64,000 nucleotides of DNA, from NCBI GenBank assembly GCA_963707215.1, contig CAVPPB010000003.1:960001-1024000 (forward strand), in the 5' to 3' direction. Within the stretch, counting starts at the first letter, position 1. Every line of letters starts with the position of its first letter. A model generated the notes under the pieces. That model did no database searches and was not told where the DNA came from. It was given only the letters and a program-made list of their open reading frames with translations. The DNA is from an uncultured Chloroflexia bacterium (GTDB taxonomy: Bacteria; Chloroflexota; Limnocylindria; Limnocylindrales; CSP1-4). The position numbers were made by a program, and so were the translations under genes. Shown here one piece after another: positions 18,264-27,905 of the stretch.

Positions 18264-20078
18264 ATGAGGATCCGATCGCTCGCCCCCGCCGTCTGGCTCG
18301 TCGCCGCGGCCACGCTCGTGGCATCCATCGGCATGCCCGGTCGGGCCGTGGCTGCCGATCCGGTCGCGGATGGCCCGTCGGTCGGGTTCGCTACGTGGGA
18401 GGTCCCGGTCGACTCGATCCGACTGCTGGGCAGCCCCAGGACCGAGCTCCTGGTCAAAGCGTTCAGCACGACGATGGACCCGGTGAAGTACCTCGACGAG
18501 GCAGCCCGACATGGCCAGCGAGTCGTCGTCTACTTCCGCGAGACGGTCGACGAAGCGAAGGGTGCCGTGTACCCGTCCCGGGTCGCCCGGAACGTCGAGA
18601 AGGTCCGTGGCCATCCGGCGTTGGCCGGCTACCTGTCGGTCAAAGAACCTTCGTGGAACGGCATCTCGCTGGCCGAGATGCGCTCGCTGTACGCAGCGTA
18701 CCGGGCCGCCGACCCGGGCCATCCCGTCATCGCCCTGCTGGGCGACATCCCCCACTTCGGGACGAGCCAGAACCCCTGGGGGGCCGGCGCCGCCGACGAG
18801 CTGTGGGTCGACTGGTACCCGGTCACCTACTCAAGGGGCTACATCTCCACCGGTCCGACCCACTTCAGGAATGTCCGGGCGGTCGTCGATCGGGTGACAC
18901 CCGGGACCCCGATCTGGCTGATGGTCCAGGGCCACGGATACCGGCCGGGCGATCGGCGGACTCCGACGGTTGCGGAGCTCGAACGCCAGGTCCGCGATGG
19001 CCTCTCGGCGCTTCGAGCCGACGGGATCGTCTTCTACACCTGGAACAACGCGCTCTACGACCGCGACCTGGCCCGCAACCCGACGCTGTGGTCGGCAGCC
19101 CGGTCGATCGTCAGCCGGGTCCGGGCCGGGACCTTCATGCCGCCCACGAGCGACCCGACGACACCGGGGTTCACCCGCCTGTCCGGTCCCGACCGCTACG
19201 CCACGGCGGTCTCGATCAGCAAGGCGGCCTTCCCGTCGGGCGCCCCCGTCGCCTACCTCGCCACCGGGGCGAACTTCCCCGACGCCCTCGCCGGGGCGGT
19301 CGCCGCGGCACGCGACGGCGGCCCGCTCCTGCTCACCGGGCGCGATGCCCTGCCGCCAGCGACCGCGAGCGAGCTCGCCCGCCTGGCCCCCGGCCGGGTG
19401 GTCGTCCTCGGGGGGACGGCCGTCGTCGGGGGCGCCGTGGTCACCGCTCTCCGTGATCGACTGCCCGGTGCCGCGATCACCCGCCTGTCCGGTCCCGACC
19501 GCTACGCCACGGCGGTCTCGATCAGCAAGGCGGCCTTCCCGTCGGGCGCCCCCGTCGCCTACCTCGCCACCGGGGCGAACTTCCCCGACGCCCTCGCCGG
19601 GGCGGTCGCCGCGGCACGCGACGGCGGCCCGCTCCTGCTCACCGGGCGCGATGCCCTGCCGCCAGCGACCGCGAGCGAGCTCGCCCGCCTGGCCCCCGGC
19701 CGGGTGGTCGTCCTCGGGGGGACGGCCGTCGTCGGGGGCGCCGTGGTCACCGCTCTCCGTGATCGACTGCCCGGTGCCGCGATCACCCGCCTGTCCGGTC
19801 CCGACCGCTACGCCACGGCGGTCTCGATCAGCAAGGCGGCCTTCCCGTCGGGCGCCCCCGTCGCCTACCTCGCCACCGGGGCGAACTTCCCCGACGCCCT
19901 CGCCGGGGCGGTCGCCGCGGCACGCGACGGCGGCCCGCTCCTGCTCACCGGGCGCGATGCCCTGCCGCCAGCGACCGCGAGCGAGCTCGCCCGCCTGGCC
20001 CCCGGCCGGGTGGTCGTCCTCGGGGGCAGCTCGGTCATCTCCTACGCGGTGGCCCATGTGGCCGCCAAGGTGCTGTAA
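18264..20078 (+). CDS. Secreted glycoside-hydrolase-like protein with three cell-wall-binding-2 (CWB2) repeats
   Basis: Signal peptide ending AVA-A; TIM-barrel-like HPALAGYLSVKEP...VDWYP...PIWLMVQ...ADGIVFY; 3x RLSGPDRYATAVSIS...NFPDALAG...GPLLLT...VVVLGG. Confidence 0.85.
   Translation: MRIRSLAPAVWLVAAATLVASIGMPGRAVAADPVADGPSVGFATWEVPVDSIRLLGSPRTELLVKAFSTTMDPVKYLDEAARHGQRVVVYFRETVDEAKGAVYPSRVARNVEKVRGHPALAGYLSVKEPSWNGISLAEMRSLYAAYRAADPGHPVIALLGDIPHFGTSQNPWGAGAADELWVDWYPVTYSRGYISTGPTHFRNVRAVVDRVTPGTPIWLMVQGHGYRPGDRRTPTVAELERQVRDGLSALRADGIVFYTWNNALYDRDLARNPTLWSAARSIVSRVRAGTFMPPTSDPTTPGFTRLSGPDRYATAVSISKAAFPSGAPVAYLATGANFPDALAGAVAAARDGGPLLLTGRDALPPATASELARLAPGRVVVLGGTAVVGGAVVTALRDRLPGAAITRLSGPDRYATAVSISKAAFPSGAPVAYLATGANFPDALAGAVAAARDGGPLLLTGRDALPPATASELARLAPGRVVVLGGTAVVGGAVVTALRDRLPGAAITRLSGPDRYATAVSISKAAFPSGAPVAYLATGANFPDALAGAVAAARDGGPLLLTGRDALPPATASELARLAPGRVVVLGGSSVISYAVAHVAAKVL
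19171..20026 (+). repeat. 306-bp tandem repeat, about 2.8 copies, apparently identical (CWB2 units)
   Basis: Units start at 19171, 19477 and 19783; identity ends at about 20026. Confidence 0.95.
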
Positions 20079-20170
20079 CCGGGCACTCGGGTCGCGGCGT
20101 CGCGCGGTTCTTCGGGGCTGGCTCTCCGGACCACACATCACCACGGGCCGCGCCTGCGACAATGGCCGCC

Positions 20171-21439
20171 GTGGTCCGCCCCGAGCTGACGCCCGACGTG
20201 CGCACTCCCCGCCTGACGATCCTGGACGACAATCCGTTCGTCCGACGGGCCGACGGCGCCATCGTGCCCGTCGCGGCCACCTTCCACCGCTTCGCCGAGG
20301 CCGTCGTGGCCGCCGGAGGCCTGGATCCCGCCGCCTACCTGGTGCCGGTCCGTGACCTCCCGGAGGACGAGCGACCCCCCGACCATCGGGCCGTGGACCC
20401 GTCCCTGCTACGGGTGGTCCCGACCGCTCCTTTCGACGGGATCGCCGGCTACGCTCGGCGGGCCCTCCGGCTCGTGCGCCACAACTGGCCGCTGATCCGC
20501 GAGGCGGTGGACGAAGCCGATGTCGTATGGATCAAGGCGCCGGCATCCAACGCGCCACTCGTCGCGCTGGCCTGTCGTCGGGCCGGCGTTGCCCGCTTCA
20601 CCTGGGTGGCCGGCAGCGTCAGGTCCGTTGTCCGCAGCCGCCCTGGGAGCCGTGCCCAGCGCGCGCTGGCCGGAACGGCCGCCGTGGGCTACGACAGCGT
20701 CACCCGCTGGCTCGAGCGCACCGGACCGTCGATCCGCCTGAGCGCCGATCTGTTCACCAGCGTCGTCACCAGCGCCGAGGTCGAAGCGACCCGGGTGCGG
20801 ATGCGACGGGCAGAAGTCGGCCGCGAGGGTCCGAGCCGACACGCGAGCGACCCCTTCCGCGTCGCCTGGGCGGGGCGGGTGGCTCCCGAGAAGGGCCTCG
20901 CGGATCTCCTTGCGGCGGTCGCCATCCTGCGACGCGGTGGCCTGGACGTCCGTCTCGACCTCGTCGGCGACGGACCTGCCCGGGCGTCGATCGAGGGGAT
21001 CGTCGCCTCGCTGGAACTGACGGAGACGGTGCGCTGGCATGGGTACGTGGCGGACCGTGAGACCTACCTCGGGATCCTCCGCGACGCCGAGCTGTTCGTG
21101 TTGCCCTCGCACGCCGAGGGATTGCCGAAGGTCGTCGTCGAAGCCATGGCGGCCGGACTCCCGGTGGTCGCGAGCCGGATCGGGGCCGTCCCTGAACTCC
21201 TCGATCATGGATCGCGAGGTCGCCTGGTCGGGCCGGAGGATCCGAGCGGGCTGGCGGACGCCATCGCGGGGCTGGCCGCCGATCCCACCGAGCGCACGCG
21301 CCTCGCCGAGGTGGGACTCGCATGGGCGGCCGAGCACACGATGGAGGCCCAGGCCGGACGGCTCGTCGACTGGCTACGGACGACGTTCCCGGAGCTCGAC
21401 TGGCCTGTCGTCGACGGTTCCGACGGGGCCGCCCGGTGA
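20171..21439 (+). CDS. GT4-family glycosyltransferase
   Basis: AGRVAPEKG, LVGDGP, FVLPSHAEGLPKVVVEAMAAGLPVV. Start is GTG 20171 (GACAAT 7 nt upstream) or ATG 20162. Confidence 0.92.
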   Translation: MVRPELTPDVRTPRLTILDDNPFVRRADGAIVPVAATFHRFAEAVVAAGGLDPAAYLVPVRDLPEDERPPDHRAVDPSLLRVVPTAPFDGIAGYARRALRLVRHNWPLIREAVDEADVVWIKAPASNAPLVALACRRAGVARFTWVAGSVRSVVRSRPGSRAQRALAGTAAVGYDSVTRWLERTGPSIRLSADLFTSVVTSAEVEATRVRMRRAEVGREGPSRHASDPFRVAWAGRVAPEKGLADLLAAVAILRRGGLDVRLDLVGDGPARASIEGIVASLELTETVRWHGYVADRETYLGILRDAELFVLPSHAEGLPKVVVEAMAAGLPVVASRIGAVPELLDHGSRGRLVGPEDPSGLADAIAGLAADPTERTRLAEVGLAWAAEHTMEAQAGRLVDWLRTTFPELDWPVVDGSDGAAR

Positions 21440-22620
21440 CGACCGTCGCCATCGTCCTGTTCTGGGTCGCGGTGGTGCTGCTCGGGTGGGTCTACCTCGG
21501 CTACCCACTGGCCGCCGCCGTCGCCGCACGTCTCCGGCCGTTCCGTCTCCACGAGGACGGCGCGGCACCGGGTCTCGTCACCGTCGGGATCGCCGCCCAC
21601 GATGAGGCTCCCCAGCTCGAGGCGCGCGTCGCCGACATCCTCGCCCAGGAGGGTCCGTTCGAGCTCGAGGTGATCATCGCGTCGGACGGCTCGTTGGACG
21701 GTTCGGTCGGGCTCCTCGAGGGAGTGGCCGCAGCGGAGCCGCGGCTCCGCGTTCTCGACCTGGACCGGCTCGGCCAGACCGGCGCCCAGAACGAGATCTT
21801 CCGGGTCGCCAACGGTGACGTCATCGTCCTGTCGGATGCCGAGACCCGCTTCGCGCCCGGCTGCATCGCCGCCCTCGTCGCGCCGTTCGGTGATCGACGG
21901 GTCGGCTGCACGACCGGTCGACTGGAGTGGCGCGATGCCGACCGGACCGAGACGGCGCGCAACGAGGGGGCCTACTGGCGCTACGAGCAGCTCGTCCGCC
22001 GACTCGAGAGCCGCGCCGGCTGGTTGACCGCCGTTACCGGGGCGCTGCTCGCCGTCCGGGCGTCCGCCTTCCGGGAGGTGCCGGGCCACGCATCGATGGA
22101 CCACCTGCTGCCGCTCTACGTCAGGGAGGACGGGCTGCGCGTCCTGGCCGTTCCTGAGGCCGTGGCAAGCGACCGAGGGATCGGCGGACTGGCGGCCCAG
22201 TTCCGCAACCGCTCGCGGACGGCCACCCGGGGGATCCGCTCGAACCTCTCGATGGCGGTCCGTCTCGCGCCGTGGCGCCGCCCCAGCGCCGCGCTGGCGG
22301 TCTGGTCCCACAAGCTCCTGCGGTGGGCGACACCGATCCTGGCCATCGTGGCGGGGTCTGCCGCGAGCTTGCTGGGCGCCACCGTCAGCCCGCTCTACCT
22401 GGTGCCGGTGGCGATCGGGCTGGCGCTCCTCGTCCTTGCCCTCGGCGGCTGGCTCATGCGGTCATCGGGGAGGCGCCCGCCGCGCGTCGTGAGCCTCCCG
22501 CTGACGGTCGTCGTCGTGAACCTGGCCTTCCTCAACGGCTGGTGGAACGTGATCCGGGGCCGTCGGATCGAGGCCTGGAGGCGAACGGATTGGTCGGCGA
22601 CCGGGAGCGACCGTCCCTGA
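21436..22620 (+). CDS. GT2-family membrane glycosyltransferase
   Basis: GTGA overlap; IAAHDE, ASDGSLD, LSDAE, YWRYE, HKLLRW; flanking TM helices. Confidence 0.88.
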   Translation: MTTVAIVLFWVAVVLLGWVYLGYPLAAAVAARLRPFRLHEDGAAPGLVTVGIAAHDEAPQLEARVADILAQEGPFELEVIIASDGSLDGSVGLLEGVAAAEPRLRVLDLDRLGQTGAQNEIFRVANGDVIVLSDAETRFAPGCIAALVAPFGDRRVGCTTGRLEWRDADRTETARNEGAYWRYEQLVRRLESRAGWLTAVTGALLAVRASAFREVPGHASMDHLLPLYVREDGLRVLAVPEAVASDRGIGGLAAQFRNRSRTATRGIRSNLSMAVRLAPWRRPSAALAVWSHKLLRWATPILAIVAGSAASLLGATVSPLYLVPVAIGLALLVLALGGWLMRSSGRRPPRVVSLPLTVVVVNLAFLNGWWNVIRGRRIEAWRRTDWSATGSDRP

Positions 22621-22622
22621 TC

Positions 22623-23675
22623 TCACTGCAACCAGCTGCGGAAGATGACCCGGAGGAAGCCCAGACCGTAGCGGATGGTCCCGCCCTTCTTCGACTTGCC
22701 GGCGGCTCGCCGCCGGATCGTGACCGGGATCTCGCGCATCCGGAGGCCAGCACGCGCGGCGCCCATGATGAGCTCCGGATTGTGGAATTGGTCCTCCGTG
22801 AAGACGATCTCTGCAAGGCGCGACGCTCGGATGGCCCGATAGCCGTTCGCGACGTCGGTCACGTCCGTCCCACCGAGCATGTTGATCAGGCGGGTGTAGA
22901 CGGAGATACCAGCATTCCTCAGCGCCCCGCCTGCCCCCTCCTCGGGCTCGTACTCGCCGGACCTCCGCGACCCGACGACGAAGTCGGCACTCCCTCGGAC
23001 GATCGGCTCGACGAGTCGACCCATCTCCGCCGGATCGTGTTGTCCGTCGGCATCCATGGTCACGACGACGTCCACGCCGACGCGCTCGGCCACCAGGTAT
23101 CCCGTCTGCAAGGCAGCCCCCTGGCCGCCGTTCACCGGATGAGTCACGACATGGGCCCCGCTGGCGATCGCGATCTGGCGAGTGTCGTCCTTCGACGCAT
23201 CGTCGACCACGAGGATCCTGGTCGGGATGCCTAGCACCTCCGCGGGGACCTGGGCGAGGACGGCCGGCAACGACTCGGCCTCGTTGTACGCCGCAATCAC
23301 CACGAGGACTCCGCCCATCCGTCCGTGGGCCTCTTCGACCTCGAGTTGAGCCGCGGACATCGCCCGGATCAGGCGTCGCAAACGCTGCGTCTGGCGCTCC
23401 GTCTTGGAGAGTACATAGAAGATGAGCCCGAAAGCCACGCCGACGGCGATCAGCAGTGCGGTGATGATCCCACCGGCCGGTTCCGCGCCCAAGCCGATGA
23501 GCCCCTGGACCGCTCGGACGAGATCCGGGAAGACCGCGACGGTCAGCAGGCCCAGCCCGGCCATGGCGACGGGAACCATCAAGCCCCGGTTGCCACCTCG
23601 CCGCCCGAGCCAGACGGCAAGCGCCAAGAGTAGGATCGCGGCCGCTAGCCCCGCGAGACGTAGAAGGCTAGGCAT
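22623..23675 (-). CDS. DUF2304-like membrane domain fused to a DPM1-like GT2 polyprenol-phosphate glycosyltransferase
   Basis: N-terminal 3 TM plus amphipathic helix, then IAAYNEA, VVDDASKD, MDADGQHDP, VVGSR. ATG 23675 has TAGACT 7 nt upstream. Confidence 0.82.
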   Translation of the reverse strand: MPSLLRLAGLAAAILLLALAVWLGRRGGNRGLMVPVAMAGLGLLTVAVFPDLVRAVQGLIGLGAEPAGGIITALLIAVGVAFGLIFYVLSKTERQTQRLRRLIRAMSAAQLEVEEAHGRMGGVLVVIAAYNEAESLPAVLAQVPAEVLGIPTRILVVDDASKDDTRQIAIASGAHVVTHPVNGGQGAALQTGYLVAERVGVDVVVTMDADGQHDPAEMGRLVEPIVRGSADFVVGSRRSGEYEPEEGAGGALRNAGISVYTRLINMLGGTDVTDVANGYRAIRASRLAEIVFTEDQFHNPELIMGAARAGLRMREIPVTIRRRAAGKSKKGGTIRYGLGFLRVIFRSWLQ

Positions 23676-23774
23676 CGACGCTAGTCTAGGGCTGGACGAC
23701 GCCACGAGGCGTCTCTGGGGCGCGCAAGACTCGGACCATCAAGGTCGCCCCGCTCCTGCTTCGTGACCGCTCGC

Positions 23775-25517
23775 CTACTCGGTGCACGGCGACGTCGACA
23801 TGACCTCAAGTGCACGATTGGCGGCACTCCGGGTCACTGGAAGGACTGGGAAATCCGTGCGCGCGGTCGACCGTGCTACCGCGATCGCCAGGTCCTGCAA
23901 CGAGCACAGATCCCTGGATTCGCCGAAGCCACCTATGAACGCCGCCATCCGGAAATCCGGGTAGCCCCGGTCTCCAGAGATGATCTGCAGGTGCTCCAGA
24001 TCGTTTGGCGAACCGCCTTGATACGTCGGTGCCGTGACCGGGGCCACGGTCAACCAGAGAACGGACCTCCCATCCGACCACCCCTCGGGCGGCTCGCCCG
24101 CGGCCAGGGCCCGAGCGAGGTCACCGAAGCGGACCGTGTCCACAGCCATGAGAGCCGCGTAGTGCTCAACGGCCGGAAAGACGGTCTCCTCCGCTGGCCC
24201 GACGACAACCAGAGGCCACCCGTCATCCCGTGAGGCTACCTCGACCGCCTGCCGATAGGCTGGCTTCTCGCTGTGCCCGTAGTCGGCAAGGGGACCTGTA
24301 CTCAAGATGGCGACGACCACTATCAGCAAGCCGGCGACCGATGGTCTGGCCCAGGCGATGGTCGGCAATCGGCCCACCTTGACCAGAATGGTGGCCATCT
24401 CGACGAACCCTGCCGCTGCCACGAGCAGGATCAAGGGTAGGACGAGCAGGGCGCGACGGAACGCGAGGTTCGTTCCAAGGGCATATGCGCCAACCGTTAG
24501 CGCCGCGAACTCTGCCATCGCGACCAGGAAGACAGCGATCACCCACCACTGGCGGCGGCGCGCGGCAAGCACGAGGCCGATCGCGGCCACGCCGACGAGC
24601 ACGGCGCCCAATGGAGCCCAAGGCTCGGTGTTTGCGACCAGCCACGAGAAGAAGCGGACCGGGAGATCGAACGTCAGCTCGAGACGGACGTCTTCATGGA
24701 TGGCGATCGGCTTGGCCCCACGTGTCCTGAGGTAGAGCGCGAGCCCCAGCCATGGCGCGATCGTCAGCGCCGCAGCGACCGGAGCGCCCGCGATGCGCAG
24801 GCGCTCGCGCCACGATCCGCTCGATTGGATGCCGATGGCCAGCCCCACGAGGGCCTGGACTGATAGCACAAGAACCCCGTAGGTCGTGGCCATGTAGAGG
24901 AGGCCACCCGACGCGGCCACGTAGGCGATGAATTCGGACCGTGAGGCCGATCGACGCCATCCGATGAAGAAGAACCAGCTCGCGACCTGCAACGCTGATG
25001 CCGCCGCGTAGTAGCGGAGTTCCTGTGCATAGCGGATGTCGAACGGAGCCATCACGAGGAGGGCTACGGCGGCGACCGAGACCAACCACGAACCGGACAA
25101 GCGCCGCGCAAGCCCGGCCAGGCCGATGATGCCAAGGAGCGACCATGCCACCGACTGGAGGCGCAGCCAAGCCTCGCCGTCCGACACGAGCAGCATCACA
25201 TGCGTGATCAAGTAGGATCCGGGGCCATCCAGAAGGGCTTGTCGGGCCGACTCCGCCAAGATGGCGGTGATCGAGCGCCCCGAGCGGCGGAGCACTTCCG
25301 CCTCATCTGCCCAGAGGCTCTCCTCTCCCAAGCCGACCAGCCGGAGTCCGAGACCCATCACCAGCAGGAGTGCGATGGCGCTCACTGCGAGGGCGGCCCG
25401 GGGAACACGGATCGACTTGAGCCAGGTTCCAGCGCGCATCCAGCCGCTTGCATGGCCCCGGCGCTGGACCGGGTCGGTCGTCTCGGCCGACGCTGGCCGA
25501 TGGATACGCGGGGTCAC
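23775..25517 (-). CDS. GT-C fold (PMT/ArnT-like) polyprenol-sugar-dependent glycosyltransferase
   Basis: ESLWADE, EAWLRLQS, YAQELRYYA, multiple TM. True start may be ATG 25439. Confidence 0.78.
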   Translation of the reverse strand: MTPRIHRPASAETTDPVQRRGHASGWMRAGTWLKSIRVPRAALAVSAIALLLVMGLGLRLVGLGEESLWADEAEVLRRSGRSITAILAESARQALLDGPGSYLITHVMLLVSDGEAWLRLQSVAWSLLGIIGLAGLARRLSGSWLVSVAAVALLVMAPFDIRYAQELRYYAAASALQVASWFFFIGWRRSASRSEFIAYVAASGGLLYMATTYGVLVLSVQALVGLAIGIQSSGSWRERLRIAGAPVAAALTIAPWLGLALYLRTRGAKPIAIHEDVRLELTFDLPVRFFSWLVANTEPWAPLGAVLVGVAAIGLVLAARRRQWWVIAVFLVAMAEFAALTVGAYALGTNLAFRRALLVLPLILLVAAAGFVEMATILVKVGRLPTIAWARPSVAGLLIVVVAILSTGPLADYGHSEKPAYRQAVEVASRDDGWPLVVVGPAEETVFPAVEHYAALMAVDTVRFGDLARALAAGEPPEGWSDGRSVLWLTVAPVTAPTYQGGSPNDLEHLQIISGDRGYPDFRMAAFIGGFGESRDLCSLQDLAIAVARSTARTDFPVLPVTRSAANRALEVMSTSPCTE

Positions 25518-25833
25518 AGCTCCACGGACCCGATCAAGACGACCTACCGAACCGGCAGCCTGGGCTCATCGGACGGGACGCTGAACCGAGGAATCCGACC
25601 ATCCGCCATGCGCCGAAGCCATCGAGGCTCCGGTGCCAGCGACAGCGATAGCAGAGTGCGCCATGACGATCCGAGGCCCGGCCCGTCTCCTCGATCGGCG
25701 GCAGTGGATCGAGGAGAGTGCAAGTCCGCACACGGCGGGTCAGGAGAATTCTGGCGGCCCGTGCGGCTCGCGAGCGAGGGGACTGAGACCATCGGTCCCA
25801 GATGGCAGATCGGATCAGGGATCATCGCTAGGC

Positions 25834-25860
25834 TTGACAGGGACACATGGCGGCTATGGT
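25834..25860 (+). promoter_or_regulatory. Possible sigma70 promoter for the second GT-C gene
   Basis: TTGACA-N15-TATGGT; the spacer is shorter than ideal. Confidence 0.35.
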
Positions 25861-25895
25861 GACGCTGGCCACCGAAGTCGTGACCGTCTGATTGC

Positions 25896-27905
25896 ATGGA
25901 GACGACCTCGCATGATATCGGGTCGCCGCTGATGCATGGATCCCGCCGGACGTTGGCACTCGCCTCGGGACTCGGGGGACTCATAGCGGTCTGGCTCTCG
26001 TCGGCGACCACACCGGCGCTGGTGGGCCCCGATGCTTCTATGTACGCGTCGATCGCGGTCTCGGTCACCAATGGCTACGGACTGACCTTCCCGGACGGGA
26101 CACTAGTTACGGAGCGACCGCCACTGATGGCGCTCGTAACGGCGGTTCTGGCTGGGCCACTCGGCGACCCGGTCTTGGCCGAGACACTGCTCTCGAAGGT
26201 CGGCTTCGTGGCCTTGGCCATCGCCTGCGCTTGGCTTGCGACAAGGGCCGCTGGGGTACTCGGTGGCCTCGCGGTCTCGGTGCTGTTCTTGGCGTCGCCG
26301 ATGTTCGTTCGCTGGTCCGGCGCCACCCTGGTCGACGGAGTCGCGGGCGCCCTCGCAATGGCGGCGATCGCCGTCGTCACAGACACGGGAACGAGCCGAC
26401 GCCGCTGGGCCGTCTTCGGGGTGCTGCTCGGCCTCTCGTTCCTGACCAAGGAGACCGCGATCCTGCTTCTGATCGTGCCTGGCTTGATCGCGGTGATCCG
26501 CCCCGGGTCGATCCGGGCACGGCTCGACCTCGTGCTCGCAGCGCTTGCGGGCTTCGCTCTGGCGGTAACGCCATGGTTCACCTGGGTCGCGGTCCAGACC
26601 GGCCAGGCGTATCTGCTTCAGGTCCCCGGCGTCCCGGCGGCTGCAGGGGCCATCGTGGCCGTGGCCATCGCAGGTCTCGTGCGGCACGTCTACGGCGACC
26701 GGGAGGTCGGGACCTCGCCCTGGGTGGCGGGTGGGCTCGTAGCCCTGATCTGCGGAGCCTGGGTCGTGCTCGGTTGGTTCGCCGCCGAGCGTGCGATCGA
26801 CACTGGCGTCGATACTGACCTCCCCCGCGCGATCTATCGGTACGGTCGTCTGACCCTCGCCCCAGACCTGCCCCTGCTCGTCCTCGGATCGGCGGCCGCC
26901 GTCCTCGGATCGTTCATGGCCTTCCGTCGTCCGGGGCTCCGGCCGGTCGTGCTCGCCGCCCTGGCCGGGGCCCCGCTGATCGCGTCCGTCGCATCCCGGG
27001 GCTGGGAGGCCCGGAGCCTGGTTCTGGTGCTCGCTTTGGGGGCCGTGCTCGCCGGTGTCGGCGTCGCCGCATCTCTGGACTGGCTGCGTGCGCGCCGACC
27101 CGTCCTCGGCGCGGTGCTGGTCACTGGTGGTATCGCTTTGGCCACCGGCGCCGCCCTCGGCCCTACGATGGCGGCCGTCGCGGGTCACCACGAGCGTGTC
27201 GACCGCGGCACATGGGACCGCCCCGAGATCGGGGAGCTGGCCGCGTGGCTCGACCATCGGCTGCCCGACCGTGGCCACGTCATGATGTCGTGGCAGTACG
27301 CGGCCATGGCATACGTCCGCGGCCACGGGGCATTCGTCGTTCGTCAGGTGCCGCTAGGCCGTGCCAACTGGACCGGGGACCCGGCTCGTCCGTTGATCCG
27401 GACTGCAACCTTCGGCGGCTGGGAGGACGAACGCGTGCCCGAGGCGGTGGTCGGACCTCTGATCTACGTCTCCGATGCCCGACCGACCGACCTTCCGGTC
27501 GTGCTGGAGCGGAGCGCCCTGGCGACGCGCATCGTCGAACTGGAGAGCCAGATCGTGATCGTCGTCGACGGGGGGCCCGTCGAGCGCAGCGGGGGCAACT
27601 ATCCGGCCATCGGCCGGGCCCTCGGCGCGGGCGCTCCGGAGCTGAGCCTCGCGACCGGGAACGCGACGATCGAGGCGTATGCGGTGCCAGCGGACGCCAG
27701 GTACGCCTCGACGGAAGTCTCGCTTGATCCGCGGGCCGCGACCCGACTCATGGCCGGTGACGCGGGCGCCGACATCGCGGCCCTGGACGCGATCGGGGCC
27801 GTCAGCGTCCGGATCTGGCCAGGACAAGGACTCGACGCGACGGTCCTCGCAGACCTGCAGGCGACGGGTCGGCCGGTCGTGGTCGACAACACTCAGCTGC
27901 GCTGA
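25896..27905 (+). CDS. GT-C fold (ArnT/GT39-like) membrane glycosyltransferase with C-terminal extracellular domain
   Basis: GPDASMY, ERPPL, GLSFLTKE, about 11-13 TM. Confidence 0.72.
   Translation: METTSHDIGSPLMHGSRRTLALASGLGGLIAVWLSSATTPALVGPDASMYASIAVSVTNGYGLTFPDGTLVTERPPLMALVTAVLAGPLGDPVLAETLLSKVGFVALAIACAWLATRAAGVLGGLAVSVLFLASPMFVRWSGATLVDGVAGALAMAAIAVVTDTGTSRRRWAVFGVLLGLSFLTKETAILLLIVPGLIAVIRPGSIRARLDLVLAALAGFALAVTPWFTWVAVQTGQAYLLQVPGVPAAAGAIVAVAIAGLVRHVYGDREVGTSPWVAGGLVALICGAWVVLGWFAAERAIDTGVDTDLPRAIYRYGRLTLAPDLPLLVLGSAAAVLGSFMAFRRPGLRPVVLAALAGAPLIASVASRGWEARSLVLVLALGAVLAGVGVAASLDWLRARRPVLGAVLVTGGIALATGAALGPTMAAVAGHHERVDRGTWDRPEIGELAAWLDHRLPDRGHVMMSWQYAAMAYVRGHGAFVVRQVPLGRANWTGDPARPLIRTATFGGWEDERVPEAVVGPLIYVSDARPTDLPVVLERSALATRIVELESQIVIVVDGGPVERSGGNYPAIGRALGAGAPELSLATGNATIEAYAVPADARYASTEVSLDPRAATRLMAGDAGADIAALDAIGAVSVRIWPGQGLDATVLADLQATGRPVVVDNTQLR

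Noticed and set aside
19171-20026. CRISPR-like or mobile-element repeat
   Set aside because: The units are 306-bp in-frame protein domains without spacers, and no cas or transposase genes are present.
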